Made by a program: the position numbers and the translations under genes
Assembly (NCBI GenBank): GCA_951406725.2
Contig: OX597830.1
Span: forward strand, 72,850,001 to 72,914,000
Source of the DNA: Octopus vulgaris
Lineage: Eukaryota
Direction: 5' to 3'
DNA: 64,000 nucleotides
In this document: one piece after another, positions 1 to 14,130 of the stretch
Layout of the letters: every line of letters starts with the position of its first letter
Numbering within the stretch: position 1 is the first letter of the stretch
Notes under the pieces: generated by a model
The model's input: only the letters and a program-made list of their open reading frames with translations
Told to the model about the DNA's origin: nothing
The model's database searches: none

Positions 1-740
1 TATACATATACTAAAGTGTATGCATGTACATATGTATTTACATATATCTCCTCTCAATTCACACCCGCTCACTCAGATCTGCATGCATGTGTGATTTACT
101 ATATTAATAACTCTGCATATATATACATATATATATATAAGTATATATTGGCGTGCATGTGGACGTGTGTTATGGTGTATCCCATTGTTTCCTCTCAAAC
201 ACATCCTCTCCTAAATTAGATAATACACAACAAATAAAAAACAGATTACGAACCAATCACGTAGCATGATTGAGATAATAAAGAGGTTCAGTCAGAAATC
301 AAGAGTGTGAGCAAAGTGAAAGTAATTCGCTTCAGCACTGTTTGGCGCGGGAAAAAAAAATAACAAGGACAAAACAAACATAAAACATTAAAAAAAAACA
401 CACGCATCCCCCATCACCAAACACTTATGTTACTAGCGACGACGGTGCAGAGTGATAAATGCGAAAATGGAATGATCAAGTACTTTAGCATAGTAAAAGC
501 GCAATTCGATACGAGTTAAGTGATATAAAAAGGATATAATAAAACGATAGATATCATTGATATTGCAATAGGTTTATGATTCTGCTGACAGAATATATAG
601 CTCCTTTTGAGTTTCTTTCTATACGTGTCCTAATTTGAAGTCACTTTGTTCTATTGTTAATAGGTTGTTTTTTTTTGTTCTTTCATATACACATAGAAAC
701 AAAAAACAAACATTTTTGCATAATATGCACACAGGCACAC

Positions 741-759
741 GCATACATATATATGTATA

Positions 760-834
<75 letters not shown>

Positions 835-938
835 GTATATATGTGTGTATAAATATATATTTATATTTATATATATATATATATATACATATATATATAC
901 ACATATATATATATACGTACACACACACACACACACAC

Positions 939-986
<48 letters not shown>

Positions 987-1013
987 CACGCACACACACT
1001 CATACGCATACAC
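741..1013. repeat. Compound (TA)n/(CA)n microsatellite
   Basis: Visible dinucleotide tracts; they produce the overlapping YIYI/THTH pseudo-ORFs. Confidence 0.95.
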
Positions 1014-1559
1014 ACAGAAACGTATATATGCTTTTGTAGATTACGTATATTCACAAATGTATATGTTTGTGCATATTTATGCTTATGTTTTGTATTGTAA
1101 TTCTCCTTTTATATATGTGTGTGTGCATGCGTGTCTTCATGCCTGCGTGCTATGTGTATACATGCATACGCGCGTGCGTAGTACTACTTTTTCTCTGGTT
1201 TATTTTCAGGTGCCAATCCACAGAAAATTCTAAATCTTCATATTCCGGGTAGCATTATATGTTTGAATCTAACGGTTTGGAGATGGGTTTTTGGAGAAAT
1301 CTTAACGTCTAATTATTTTTATAGCATGTTGACTGATCGCTATAGCGGCTATAGACTTAAACTTTCTGGTGAGAAATATCATTGGCACCACTAACAAGAC
1401 AGATTGTCTCTACGCATGAAGCCTCTTTGGCAACCAACCGTGTTTGGGATTCTTTATACATAGTCTATATATTTAACTTGATCCAAGGAGTTCCATTCAC
1501 ATTCATTTAACTTGTTTTTTATTTTCCTTTCATTTTTACTTATTTTCTATACCCATATT

Positions 1560-2170
1560 TATTTCTTTATTGCCCACTGAGGGTTAAACATAGAGGGGAC
1601 AAACAAGGACAGACAAACAAGGACAGACAAACGGATTAAGTCGATTACATCGACCCCAGTGCGTAACTGGTACTTAATTTATCGACCCCGAATGATGAAC
1701 GGCAAAGTCGACCTCGGCGGGACTTGAACTCAGAACATAACTGCAGACAAAATACCTATTTCTTTACTACCCACAAGGGGCTAAACACAGAGAGGACAAA
1801 CAAGCACAGACAAGCGGATTAAGTCGATTACATCGACTCCAGTGCGTAACTGGTACTTAATTTATCGACCTCAGAAGGATGAAAGGCAAGGTCGACCTGG
1901 CGGAACTTTAACTCAGAACATAACTGCAGACAAAATACCTATTTCTTTACTACCCACAAGGGGCTAAACACAGAGAGGACAAACAAGGACAGACAAATGG
2001 ATTAAGTCGATTATATCGACACCAGTACGTAACTGGTACTTAATTTATCGACCCCGAAAGGATGAAAGGCAAAGTCGATCTTGGCGGAATTTGAACTCAG
2101 AACATAACAGCAGACAAAATACCGCTAAGCATTTCGCCCGGCGTGCTAACGTTTCTGCCAGATCACCGCC
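1560..2170 (-). mobile_element. tRNA-derived SINE family A, head-to-tail trimer
   Basis: Three ~185-230 bp units with the core (sense) GGTCGACTTTGCCTTTCATCCTTTCGGGGTCGATAAATTAAGTACCAG. Only one unit has the GGCGGTGA..TGGCAGAA head. Flanking duplication TTCTATACCCATATT at 1545-1559 and 2180-2194. Confidence 0.9.
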
Positions 2171-2629
2171 TTTATTATCTTCTATACCCATATTATCGTC
2201 TGTATTGCCTAGCATTTGTATATTTCTTTAACATAGTAAATTCTGATTGGAGGTGGCTTTAGCTGTTATTTTTAAACATTCGAACGACATTCTAGCGTCA
2301 CATTCATTGGTCGTTCAAGAATCGCTCATGTTGTTATTGATACGCTGTGTGTTGTTGTTGTTGTTGTTGTTTATCGTGGTTTATTTCCACATTATTCCTG
2401 ACTATACAAATGTATGATCCAAACACATTTCAGCTGTAATCTTCCCGGGTTTTCCCACAGTCATGCTACGTGTATTGTGTATAAGATGCTTCCGTATTGT
2501 CGTTTTGGCGCCATCTGCTTGGTATCGGTGATTAGATGCTAACTTATTTGACATCATACGTTTAAATGCTGCTCTCTTTCTCTCAATCTACCCCGCTCTT
2601 AGGAACCACTTTGAAGAATTTTAAGTCGA

Positions 2630-2679
2630 ATAGATAAATAGATAGATAGATAGACAGACAGATAGATAGATAGATAGAC

Positions 2680-2778
<99 letters not shown>

Positions 2779-2809
2779 AACAGATATAGATATAGATATA
2801 GATAGATAG

Positions 2810-2840
<31 letters not shown>

Positions 2841-2852
2841 TGTATGTATGTA
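2630..2852. repeat. (GATA)n then (TATG)n microsatellite
   Basis: Direct inspection. Confidence 0.95.
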
Positions 2853-3129
2853 TTCACACATGTGTATTTTTGCTATGTGTGTGTTACAGCGAGATAATGG
2901 TGTATGTTTGCCTTCGGTGTCAAAAGCAGCTACCAAAAGAGGCTGAATGCCCAATTAGATATGTCAAAACCAAATAGCAGAGCCCAACGGTCTCATTACG
3001 ACATGTAAACTTTTCTTGATGTTGTATTACGTTTGTATCTCATTCTCTTTTCCAAAATGTTTCACAAGTAAATTTAATTAGTAGGAATAATACCTGGTAT
3101 TTGGGAGCGAGTCTCCCCAAATCTCAAGA

Positions 3130-3490
3130 TTCTGCCTTAGGATTCTTTTACAACAGAGGAAGGCACTCTTCTGCAGGATCGACAACAAGTGACTCAATAT
3201 TACTTTCTCATAGATAGCTTTTCGAGTATAGTTTAAAGTGCACCGGTTTGCATTTGAGCAACTGTTGTCTAAATCTCCCACGATTTTTCCAGTTCCTCGG
3301 CTAGGTTCCGATATTTCTCATCAGTTTCAATTTCATTGGTATCAGCTCTCTTATCATATGGTATGGCAAAGTTTACGATCTTACAATGTTTATTTATTTC
3401 GTCTTTTGTAATCATATTTGGTTTTCTTGCTTCAATAGTATAGTTAGTCTTTAAGTGGAAGCCACATAAAATTCTGTAATCATTACTATT
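3130..3490 (-). mobile_element. Decayed C-terminal restriction-like endonuclease region of an R4/Dong-like non-LTR retrotransposon
   Basis: Minus-strand translation gives ILCGFHLKTNYTIEARKPNMITKD..CKIVNFAIPYD..EKY..LAEELEK and LQKSAFLCCKRILRQNL. This matches the ILWDF.IQTD..I.A.RPDI...D..IDVAVP..EKY.DL...LQK.ALLGTA.ILR pattern. Frameshifts and stops present. Confidence 0.7.
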
Positions 3491-4327
3491 TTGCTAGATT
3501 TCCAATAATTTTACTTCAGAAACTTAGCCAATACACACTACCGGTTAATAAATCAGACATATATATACCTTACAGCAGACATTCACATATAAATAGAGCT
3601 CAGTATCCGTTGATGCATATGTAACAGTATCAATGAACTTTTTCCAATATGGCTGCTAGCAAATACGCTGTCATCAAGAAACTAGTTAGATTAAAACAAT
3701 CAATATTTGTGCATAATTTCAAATACGTGGTATAATTCAAATTACATCACACATGCTTGATATGAAACTTAACATGTCACACGGAATATATCCTCCAATT
3801 GCTGTGCTTGGCTTTAACGAGACTGGCGTCAGTTTTCAGCGGAAATCTAAATACTGACAAAATTATAATTTATAATTAACGTTATCAAATGGGAACAAAG
3901 AATATCTAGTTTTTCTACTCGAAATGGATGAATGCAAAGGTATATGTCATACTTATGAAGTCTGCACTCCTGCCAGACAGCTATGACATGTCTGAATATT
4001 ATCTATTGTTGGGGCACTATCCTTCCTCGTCTCTCTCTATTACTCTTTTCCTCTTGCTTTGTCTTAGATTTCTCCCACCTTCTATAAATACTCATATGTA
4101 CATACGCATATACATAGATACACGCTCTCTCCCCACTCTCTCTGTCTCTCTCTTTTTATATCTATCTATCTTTCTATCTCTCTCCCTCTCTCTCTCTATA
4201 TATATATGTATATATATGTATTGTTACTTATATATATATATACACATAAAGCACATATGGAAACGGCAACGTGTAGCCCAGACATGTTTATCACACACAC
4301 TAACACACATATATATATATAATGAAC

Positions 4328-4900
4328 ATCATCATTGTTTAACATCCGGTTTCCATAGGTTGGACGGTTTGACTGGGGACTGGCAAGCCAGTAGGCTGCG
4401 CCAGGTTTCAATCTGTTCTGGCAAGGTTTCTACAGCTGGATGCCCTTCCTAACGCCAACCACTCCGAGAGTGTATTCGGTGCTTTTTAGGTGCCACCGGC
4501 ACGGGAGCCTTTCATGGGGCGCTGGCATCGACCATGTTCGAGATGTGTGTTTTACGTGCCACTGCATGGGGAGCTAGTCAGGCGGCACTGGCATTGACCC
4601 ACGCTTGAATAGTGCTTATTAAGTGCCACCGGCACGTGTACCAGTCAGGCAGCTCTAGCATCCACCACAAATTCAATTTCCATTTTGATCTTGATTTGCC
4701 TTTGATTTTTGATTTTTGATTTTTGACTTTACTTGACTCAGTAGGTCTTCTCAAGTGCAGCGTATCACCCGATGATTGCCGGGTATTTTTAAAATGGGCT
4801 GGTTATGCGACACTGGTATAGGCTACAGCTGCGATCTCACTTTACTAACCGGGTATTCTCTACCACAGCATATCTCCAAAAGGCTCAGTCTCTTGCCTTT
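4328..4900 (-). mobile_element. 3' end of an RTE-like LINE with internally repeated 3' UTR
   Basis: (CAT)n tail at 4328, motif TTTCTACAGCTGGATGCCCTTCCTAACGCCAACC, and three imperfect copies of TT..GTGCCACCGGCACG. Clade assignment is from pattern recall. Confidence 0.55.
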
Positions 4901-5262
4901 GCATCTCTGATCACGGGCAGATGTATTGGGGGAGTATCATAGCCATGTGCTGAGAGGAATCCATTGGGGTTTGGATAATTCACCTTTGAAAACATAGTTG
5001 TTTCGTTTAACATCCTTAAACAACCCTCATGCAGGAATCTTTTGGGCGGGTGTGGATACTCGACCTGAAGAAAATTCTAATTGGGTCCCACCTGCAAGGT
5101 CATGTGCTGTTTATCTTGATATGAGATCACCATGTCGCGCACATATGATTGTAATGCATGTGCCTGGTGTACACTTATCAGACGGGTAGTCATGGTGGGT
5201 ATACTGAGCTTCGTATATTTTACTCCAGTGTCACTTTGATGGCATGCACTGCTCTCTCACTC
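4901..5262 (+). mobile_element. Retroposon family D, 5'-truncated, ending in (AAT)n
   Basis: Colinear with 28309-28668 and the reverse complement of 22632-22858; ends CTCTCTCACTCAATAATAAT. Confidence 0.85.
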
Positions 5263-5611
5263 AATAATAATAATAAAAATAATATTAAGTAATCTTTTTA
5301 TTACGTAACTTTAAGCTGCTAGATTCCAGCTCCCATCGTTTATTTCTACCAAAATTACGGCATGTGCTGAATCAAACAAAATTCGAACTCATTAAAAATT
5401 CATATTTCCGTTTCCAACCCGACATCATGAAACAGCGTCGGCTTCTGTTTATGTTAATGCTTCCGCAGTAGGATTCATAGCTTACACTACTGCCACAATA
5501 CACTAAATAACACACAAGCGAAGCAGCGACAGCAGCAGCAGCAGCAGCAGCAGTATTGCAAGATATGTTCCATTGATCTTTGTTGGATCAAGAAGAACAG
5601 AATAAGCAACA

Positions 5612-5647
<36 letters not shown>

Positions 5648-5868
5648 ATCTTAGCGGTGGTGATAGTAGCGGAAGGTGCGGCAGTAGCGGTAGTAACCTA
5701 TATTGTTTAATTCGATTTCTAAGCATTATATGTGTTAACGGCTATTTCAATCGTTGCAAGTTTCCATATTGCCTCCCGCTATAATTTCTGACTAACATAC
5801 AACACAAGTATCCATGCAAATACATACATACATACATACATACATACGTTCGTACGTATATATGTATA

Positions 5869-6263
5869 CTAGCAGTATCGCCCGGCGTTGCTCGGGTTTG
5901 TAAGGGAAATAACTGTATAAGCATTTTTAGAGATGTAAAGTATAATAACCATCTCAATATGGCTAACCACAAAGGAAGGTGTTACTGTAGCTTTTTACGT
6001 TCTGAGATTTAATAATACATTTTAGAGAGTTACTTCCCTTATATAATAGCAAAAAAAATGCATTAAAAATGGGGGAAAATGGTGGTAATTTTTTTTTTAA
6101 ACCGTAGACTCATCGTAGACGCGCGCTAATACCCAGAAGGGCTCGATATGAATCACGACTATAAGATACCCGCTTTTGGTTACACTGCACCGCAAAATGT
6201 GGGAGTAGTTAGGAATCTAAATCGTAGGAGACAGACACACAACTTCACTTTAATATATAAAGA
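5869..6263 (-). mobile_element. Non-autonomous Helitron
   Basis: Minus strand begins TC(TTTATATAT) and ends CTAG, with subterminal hairpin CCCGAGCAACGCCGGG ~8 nt before the end. Inserted between A and T, no TSD. Confidence 0.85.
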
Positions 6264-6287
6264 TATGTATGTTATATGTATGTATAT

Positions 6288-6708
6288 ACTCTTTTACTCT
6301 TTTTACTTGTTTCAGTCATTTGACTGCAGCCATGCTGGAGCACTGCCTTCAGTCGAGCAAATCGACCCCGGGACTTATTCTTTGCAAGCTTAGTACTTAT
6401 TCTATCGATCACCCTTGCCGAACCGCTGAGTAACGGGGATGTAAACACAGCAGTGTCAGTTGTCACGCGATGTTGAGAGGAAAGGGACAAATACAGACAC
6501 ACAAATATATACACACACACTTACATATATATATACATATATACGATGACCTTCTTTCAGTTTCCGTCTGCCAAATTCACTCATAAGGATTTGGTCGGCC
6601 CGAGGCTATAGTAGAAGACACTTGCCCAAGGTGCCACGCTGTGGGACTGAACCCGGAACCATGTGGTTGGCAAGCAAGCTACTTACCACACTGCCACTTC
6701 TAGACCTA
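6288..6708 (-). mobile_element. tRNA-derived SINE family B, full length
   Basis: Head with A/B-box-like GTGGCAGTGTGGTAAG..GGTTCAGTCCC, CORE-like ACCTTGGGCAAGT, internal (TA)/(TG) tract, tail ..GACTGAAACAAGTAAAAGAGTAAAAGAGT. Matches other copies in the window. Confidence 0.9.
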
Positions 6709-6792
6709 TATGTATATGTGTATGATATTGTTCAGTTTTATTCGAAAAGTTCTTCCCAAAAGAGAAAGTGTCGGTTTCATGTGTATGTAGTT

Positions 6793-6992
6793 ATGTATGT
6801 ATGTATGTATGTATGTATGTATGTATGTATGTGTGTGTGTATGTATGTATGTATGTATGTATGTATGTATGTATGCATGTATGTATGTATGTATGTATGT
6901 ATGTATGTATGTATGTATGCATGCATGTATGTATGTATGTATGTATGTATGTATGTATGTATGTATGTATGTATGTATGTATGAATGTATGT
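6793..6992. repeat. (TATG)n microsatellite
   Basis: Direct inspection. Confidence 0.95.
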
Positions 6993-7169
6993 ACATTGGT
7001 GTGTTTCCGAGTGTGTGTATCTGGTTGAGTACATATACTCTTGATTGTATGCTTATATGCATATAAAAATATGGACATGTATATAAATTTCTGTTAGTAG
7101 ATTTCCCATATATACGTGTATATGTGTATAAAATATGTATAGTCAGACACACACACACACACACACACT

Positions 7170-7206
<37 letters not shown>

Positions 7207-7403
7207 GTATATATATATATATTTCTTTATTGCCCACAAGTGGCTAAACATAGAGGGGACAAACAAGGACAGACAAAGGGATTAAGTCGATTACAGTGCG
7301 AAACTGGTACCTTATTTATCGACCCTGAAATTACATATTGAGCAGTGATCTGTTAATTTTTTTTTCATTTTTCTGAATTCGTTATTAAATATATTTTCAT
7401 ACA

Positions 7404-7595
7404 TAAAGGCGTTGAGCTGGCAGAATCGTTGACGTGCCGAGAAAAATGCTTAGCGGCATTTCTTCTATCCTTACCGTCTGAGTTCAAATTCCCTCAAGGT
7501 TTAGATTGCCTTTCATCCTTTCGGACTGTGGCCGATGTAATCGATTTATGCCCTCCTCCAAATTTCGGCCTTGTGCCTATAGGAGGAAGGCTATT
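7404..7595 (+). mobile_element. SINE family A, diverged (a 3' fragment on - lies at 7222-7330)
   Basis: GGCGTTGAGCTGGCAGAATCGTT..GAGTTCAAATTCC..GCCTTTCATCCTTTCGG. Confidence 0.8.
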
Positions 7596-8035
7596 TTCTG
7601 ATTTATAAATGTGTATATGGGCAAACTATTAACAATTTTTTTACGACAATGAATATGCGTTGATAGAATTTCAGGAGCCCTTAGGAGATAGCCAAAGTAA
7701 TTATGTTAATAATCATTACATTGTAGAGCTAGCGACCCTGAATCCATGCCGGAGTTAGGTGGCGATTGCTTTTTGGAACTGTTGGAACTGAAAGTTGCAT
7801 AGGAGCAATACAAGAGAAATTTTTTTATCACATATTTAAATATATTTTTTATAAGTATATGTGTGTGTATGTGATTACGTACCCTTATATGAATGTATGT
7901 ATGTATGTATGAGTGTATGTATATGTGTGTGTGTTGGTATGTATGTATGTATGTATGTATGTGTGTGTGTGTGTGTACGTATAATTCATTTGGGAAAGAG
8001 TAAGTCTCGAAACACATAAGGTTACAAATAATACC

Positions 8036-8263
8036 TATTTCTTTACTACCCACAAGGTGCTAATCACAGAGAGGACAAACAAGGACAGACAAACGGATGA
8101 AGTCGATAATTCAACCCCAGTGCGTAACTGATACTTATTTAATCGACCCCGAAAGGATGAAAGGCAAAGTCGACCTCGGCGGAATTTGAACTCAGAACGT
8201 AGCGGCAGACGAAATACCGCTCAGCATTTCGCCCAGCGTGCTAGCGATTCTGCCAGCTCGCCG
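8036..8263 (-). mobile_element. SINE family A, full length with 15-bp TSD
   Basis: TSD GTTACAAATAATACC at 8021-8035 and 8264-8278. Confidence 0.92.
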
Positions 8264-8952
8264 GTTACAAATAATACCATGTATATATTTGGAAACCTTT
8301 TTTCGATAGAAAAAGTTGAAATCTGCCCGTGAGACTAGAACCCAAAACTATTGTTTATAGCTTTAGAGGCTTCAAGATTGTTCCTAAATAAGAAAGAATG
8401 ATTTCAAGTTCTCTTAAAAGTTTATAGATTCTTTTGAGATCAGCAATGTGTGTGTGTGTGTAATATCCAAATATATATTTTCTTCTGGTGGTAGGTAAGA
8501 ATCAACGAATATATATATATGGTAATTAAATTAATTTTGAACTCCAAATCAAAACTTTAGATCGTTTAAGCAAATATTCTATATTTTGTATCCGAGATTA
8601 TTGAATTCGTTACATCTTAATGAAAGTTATACATTGACAAAAATAACATAGCGGCAAAATTTGTAGTGAGATGTGTTGAAGTTTTAAATTCCTCAGTAAT
8701 TAACCTATTACAGAATTACACGGATGCAATGAGTTTCGTTTTTAGAGAAATACTTGTCACAGGATTTCTGTATAATAGGATACAGAAACATATTGTTTTG
8801 CAAAGTACATCGTGGAAGAATGCGGCGTCTCATTGCAGACGTGCGCCAGATGATCGCCATCGCTGGCCTAAACTGTTGATAGTACGACAGACTGTCAATT
8901 CAGTGACCTTTGTATGATTTCATTGGTGATGGTCATTATAATGGTTTGAAAT

Positions 8953-9365
8953 GGGTGGCGAGCTGCCAGAGTTGTTAGCATGCCTAACAAAATTATTAAT
9001 TGCATTTCTTCTGATTTTACATCCTGAAATTTAATGCCACCAAGATCGACTTTACCTTTCGCCCATCATGGTCGATAAAACAAATATTATTTAAACCCTG
9101 GGGTTGATGTAATCGATTTTCACCTCGCCCCAGAATTGCTGGTCTTGCACCAAAATTTAGAAATAACTATTATTGGTTTTAAATTTTGATGGAAGATCAG
9201 TGATTTGGAGCAAGGGATTGAGCCGGTTACATTGCTTCCCATGTTCAACTGCTTCTTATTTAATTCGCCCCGAAAGGCAAATTCGACCTTGGCAGAATTT
9301 GAACTCAGAGTGGAAAGCCGGACGAAATGGAGCGAAGCTTTGTGCCTGTGCTAGGTCGCCACCTT
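8953..9365. mobile_element. Two diverged SINE-A copies, tail to tail
   Basis: + copy ~8953-9160 and - copy ~9195-9365 share the family core. Confidence 0.75.
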
Positions 9366-9443
9366 TGACAGAACTATTGATATGTGGCTTTTGTTTGAGT
9401 GTATTTACGTAGGTGTATTTCGATTCGATTCTGAGCATGTAGT

Positions 9444-9666
9444 ACTCTTTTACTCTTTACTCTTTTACTTGTTCCAGTCATTTGACTGCGGCCATGCTGG
9501 AGCACCGCCTTTAGTCGAGCAAATCGACCCCGGGACCTATTCTTTGTAAGCCCAGTACTTATTCTATCGGTCTCTTTTGCCGAACCGCTAAGTGACGGGG
9601 ACGTAAACACACCAGCATCGGTTGTCAAGCAATGCTAGAGGGACAAACACAGACACAAAAACATAT

Positions 9667-9699
<33 letters not shown>

Positions 9700-9872
9700 C
9701 ATATATACGACAGGCTTCTTTCAGTTTCCGTCTACCAAAATCCACTCACAAGGCTTTGGTCGGCCCGAGGCTATAGCAGAAGACACTTGCCCAAGATGCC
9801 ATGTAGTGGGACTGTACGCGGAACCATGTGGTTGGTTAGCAAGCTAATTACCACACAGCCACTCCTGCGCCT
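9444..9872 (-). mobile_element. SINE family B, full length
   Basis: Colinear with 6288-6708 and the reverse complement of 60870-61297. Confidence 0.92.
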
Positions 9873-10617
9873 ACAATGCCTTATATTTCGAAAGAGACAT
9901 ACAGGACTGCGTGCGCAACAGATATCGTGTGTTTTTGAATGTCAAGCGTGATCAATAGCATGATTTTGGACATCAAATTTGATGAGAAGCATCAGAAAAT
10001 TCAGACAAAAATATTCTTCATTTATTGGAATTATCTTCGTTTAAGAGAAGCTAAAGCAATTCCTAATGGTAATTTCATCCGAAACCCACTCCGAGTGAAA
10101 TGGGAAGATTATTTCAAATACCATTTTTTTTTTTTTTCTGAATTATTACAAACATTTCCCGCGAAAGATTCTTATTAAGATCATTACCAAAGGCCATTGT
10201 TTTGTTTTGAGATCTTAGTCTCTACTGAGGACGTTTTCTCTGCTAATTGCTGAGTCTATTCCAATAAAATCATTAAAATTATTTGACAATTCGTAATAGA
10301 GATCGTTATGAAAATAAGGTGGCAAACCAGCATAATACTTACTGGGCCGGATGAAATGATTGGCGGGTTTTCATCCTTTCGCTGTCTAGCACCGGTGCTG
10401 ATGTCCAAAACTGACCATCTCAACTACAAAATTTGTAGGCGTTTCGCCATTATCAGAAAGAATTATCCATAAGAATAAATGAATGATTTGTTTCTAATTT
10501 AGACAGAAGACGGAGTGGTTTCTAAGTTGGGTATAAAACAATTGAATAGGTTATAGGATTTCACAGTACATTAATCCCGAACCTAGAGGCGTGCATGGCG
10601 GGATTTCATCTCCGGTA

Positions 10618-10675
<58 letters not shown>

Positions 10676-10829
10676 TATGAGTTATAAGAATTCTTTAAGA
10701 CTCAAGGCACAGCAGCATTTAAGAGGCCGTTCACGTTAAGTATTATATGTGTGTGTGTATATGTATATGTGTGTATTTATACGTACATGTATATATATAT
10801 ATACACATACATATATATGTGTATATATG

Positions 10830-10891
<62 letters not shown>

Positions 10892-11342
10892 CACGTATAT
10901 ATGTACATTATTATATATGTACTTATCTATCTATGTATACACACATATGCATATATACATGTGTGTGTGTGTGTGTGTGAATCTGTGAGTTTAACGATAT
11001 ACCCTATGTGTTGTTGGGTTGCATAATTACATTAGACCAAATTTCTAGCATTCAACGTGCAGACCGAACTAGAAGTTGGGGCACCATTTATGACTTTTAG
11101 CTGTAAATAATTCTTTTCAACAGAAGAATGTAAGGATCGTTGTTGGATTCTTGGTTATGATATGTAATATTTTAATCTATTTTATTGTGCTCTGTAGTTG
11201 AGTTTAATAATAAATAGATCAACAGACAATTGAATCATGTAACCAGTCAACAATGGCATTACGTTTCCAGGTTACTGAGCTCGAAATATTTGGTAATATT
11301 ATACTTTTCCCTTATATTCTATTCTGTATTATTTTATTCCTA

Positions 11343-11426
<84 letters not shown>

Positions 11427-11435
11427 AAGATAGAT

Positions 11436-11516
<81 letters not shown>

Positions 11517-11772
11517 TATAGATATATAGATATATATATTACTGTATGTGTGTATCTGTGTGGTGTCGAATGTGTTTGGGTGTACGATTTATTTTCTATG
11601 TGCTTATCTGTTACACATGGATACGATTCAATTATTCATTATATCGATATCACTGAAAATCATGTGTCCGGTTCCTTTAAATGGTCTGTGACCATTACGT
11701 AATATGTGTATGCATATGAATAGCATATCTTTGTATATATATCTACGTATGTACCTACGTGTATTTGTACGC

Positions 11773-11838
<66 letters not shown>

Positions 11839-12078
11839 CTGTGTACTTAACGTTCGTATCTACGTGCGTATTTTCCCGTTCGTATGTAATATACGGATAT
11901 GTTTTAGTTTGTATTTATATTTTTCATATACCTTCACTGTTGTGGCAATGCTGGATCATCACTTCCATATTTTGCCATTTTCAATCAATGACTACGTATT
12001 ATGCTGAATTGCAAACCATTTATTCATATGAAAAAAATATTTTGCATACATTGAATTCAAACATCGTGTAAACAAATT

Positions 12079-12122
12079 CACTTCCTGAAGAAACCGCCGA
12101 GAGGAAACTTGAAGTTGCAGTG
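12079..12122 (+). ncRNA. Degenerate minimal type-I hammerhead motif
   Basis: CACTTC-CTGAAGA-aaccgccgagag-GAAAC-TTGAA-GTT-GCAGTG. Stem I 5/6 bp, stem III near-palindromic, stem II poorly paired. AATAAA follows at ~12138. Confidence 0.5.
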
Positions 12123-12979
12123 ACCACTAACATAATTAATAAATCTTACGGTGCCAATACACCTTGTAATATGTGTTGTTTTCCCTATATTTTATTGATT
12201 AACAACACTTAGTATTACGCATATATGCATATGTTGGTAGTTTCTTTGTGACGAGAGATCATGAAGAAGAGAGGTTCACCCTCATTTAGTTATGTAAAAC
12301 GATACTTGATGCTGTAGATATTTTCGTCCGGCCTACACTTAATTGTCTTAATGTAAGTGTCAATCCACCTCATCTGATTCCACGCTGTAGGCTTAGCCAC
12401 ACAGTGGTCAAGCTGACTAAAATTGCGGTGTAGGTTTCTGAATTGGCGTGACATTCACTAAATAGATTTGCCTAAAATTGCTGGAGAGCTCCACGTACAC
12501 ATGAATTATCAGAGGGTTACGAAAAGTGGTACCTGGACAGGTTAGTGTATCCACTCCTTCATTTGCTGCCGAGGTTCGATCCCTTAGTCGCTTCGTCTCC
12601 TTTCTCACGGCACTCACAAAACAGGGAGAGTAAAAGTATAAATGTGTCTTGCACATATATTTATGAGTAAGAATTAGTCAAAAGGCGTTTACTAAACACA
12701 CACAGATAAGTGCTCTGTCCGATCAAATGCATAAATCCGATATCAACAACGGGAGGACGGAGTCCAGGCAAGCAACAATTGACCATGGGCAATTTACTTG
12801 TCGGGCTATGTGTATGTATAAATATATATATATATACACGATGGGCTTCTTTCAGTTTCCGCTTATCAAATCTATTCACAAGGCTTTTGTTGGCCTGACG
12901 TTAGACAGTTGCACAAGGTGCCATGAAGTGAAACCGAGTGGTTTGGAAGCAAGCTTCTTACCTTACAGCCACTCCTGCG

Positions 12980-13022
<43 letters not shown>

Positions 13023-13119
13023 TACGCTGGAAGAGGTATGATAGAAACTGCTCCTACGTCTGCTTTATTTTAGTATTCCGGTATAAGCGTGAACTTATAG
13101 CTACTCCGAGAGTGGGCGA

Positions 13120-13521
13120 TATTATTGTATGATATCCATGAAATTTTGTTCATCAGCTCATAGGTGTGAGATTCTATGCGAAACGTTTTTGACTAAGTTC
13201 TTGGAATTTATCTAGGGTGCTTGAACTGTGAGTGTATATTATAAAGGCATTAATATACTTTTGTGGAATGAATAATGAATTACTGAAAGGTAGAGTAACA
13301 CCATGTTTGAACTGGAATCCTATGTAATATGTTACATTAGGTTTTTGAAGATAAATTGGTGCGCTTTTTGACAGACCAGTATTACGCTTGTCTGAAATCT
13401 TCGGAATGTCAGCAAAGGCAGAATTGTTCAGTGAAGTATGGTGAGGTATTAGTAAAGTATTTCTGAATGAAGATCTATCATCTGCACATCTATTGAGCTT
13501 TGTTTCTTCTTCAGTAGCCAC
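13120..13521 (-). mobile_element. Probable decayed Penelope-like reverse transcriptase fragment
   Basis: Motif order RCADD..NNSAFADI..YLQKP..FSNSLFIPQKYI..(shifted) FHGYH parallels PLE RT RYVDD..NN.LPFLDV..VYRKP..FNS.HP..YK..NGYP. Confidence 0.45.
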
Positions 13522-13558
13522 AAATTATGTTATTGTTTGTGAAACTCTCTCTCCCTCT

Positions 13559-13626
<68 letters not shown>

Positions 13627-14017
13627 ATATATATATACACATATATATATGCATGTGTGTCTGTGACTATGTATAAACATTTGTATATACATATGTAGCT
13701 TTATGTGTATATATATATAGATATAGCTGTAGATATAAATATATACATATCAGTGTATGTATATATACGTATATAAATTCACATTTAAGATTTTTACATC
13801 AAAATTCAACGCTCATAAAACACCCAAAATCCAGACCTATTAAAGAAAATAATGTAATGTCTAGCAGATATCGATCTCTTTACACAATATAGGCGAAAAC
13901 AAAAGAAAAACAAAAAGATTTTGCAGGACAAACAATTTAGTAGACACATAAATCTCTCCAATTTAGTACAATTCATTACAAATCATTTCATTATTATTAT
14001 TATTATTGTTGTTGTTG

Positions 14018-14130
<113 letters not shown>

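Noticed and set aside
1190-1395. Plus-strand exon after TTTTATTTTCAG
   Set aside because: Acceptor-like only; no recognisable peptide or convincing donor.
1560-2170. CRISPR-like or satellite array
   Set aside because: The units are SINE bodies with no unique spacers.
5064-5110. CTGAAGA in family D as a hammerhead core
   Set aside because: No downstream GAAA with stems II and III.
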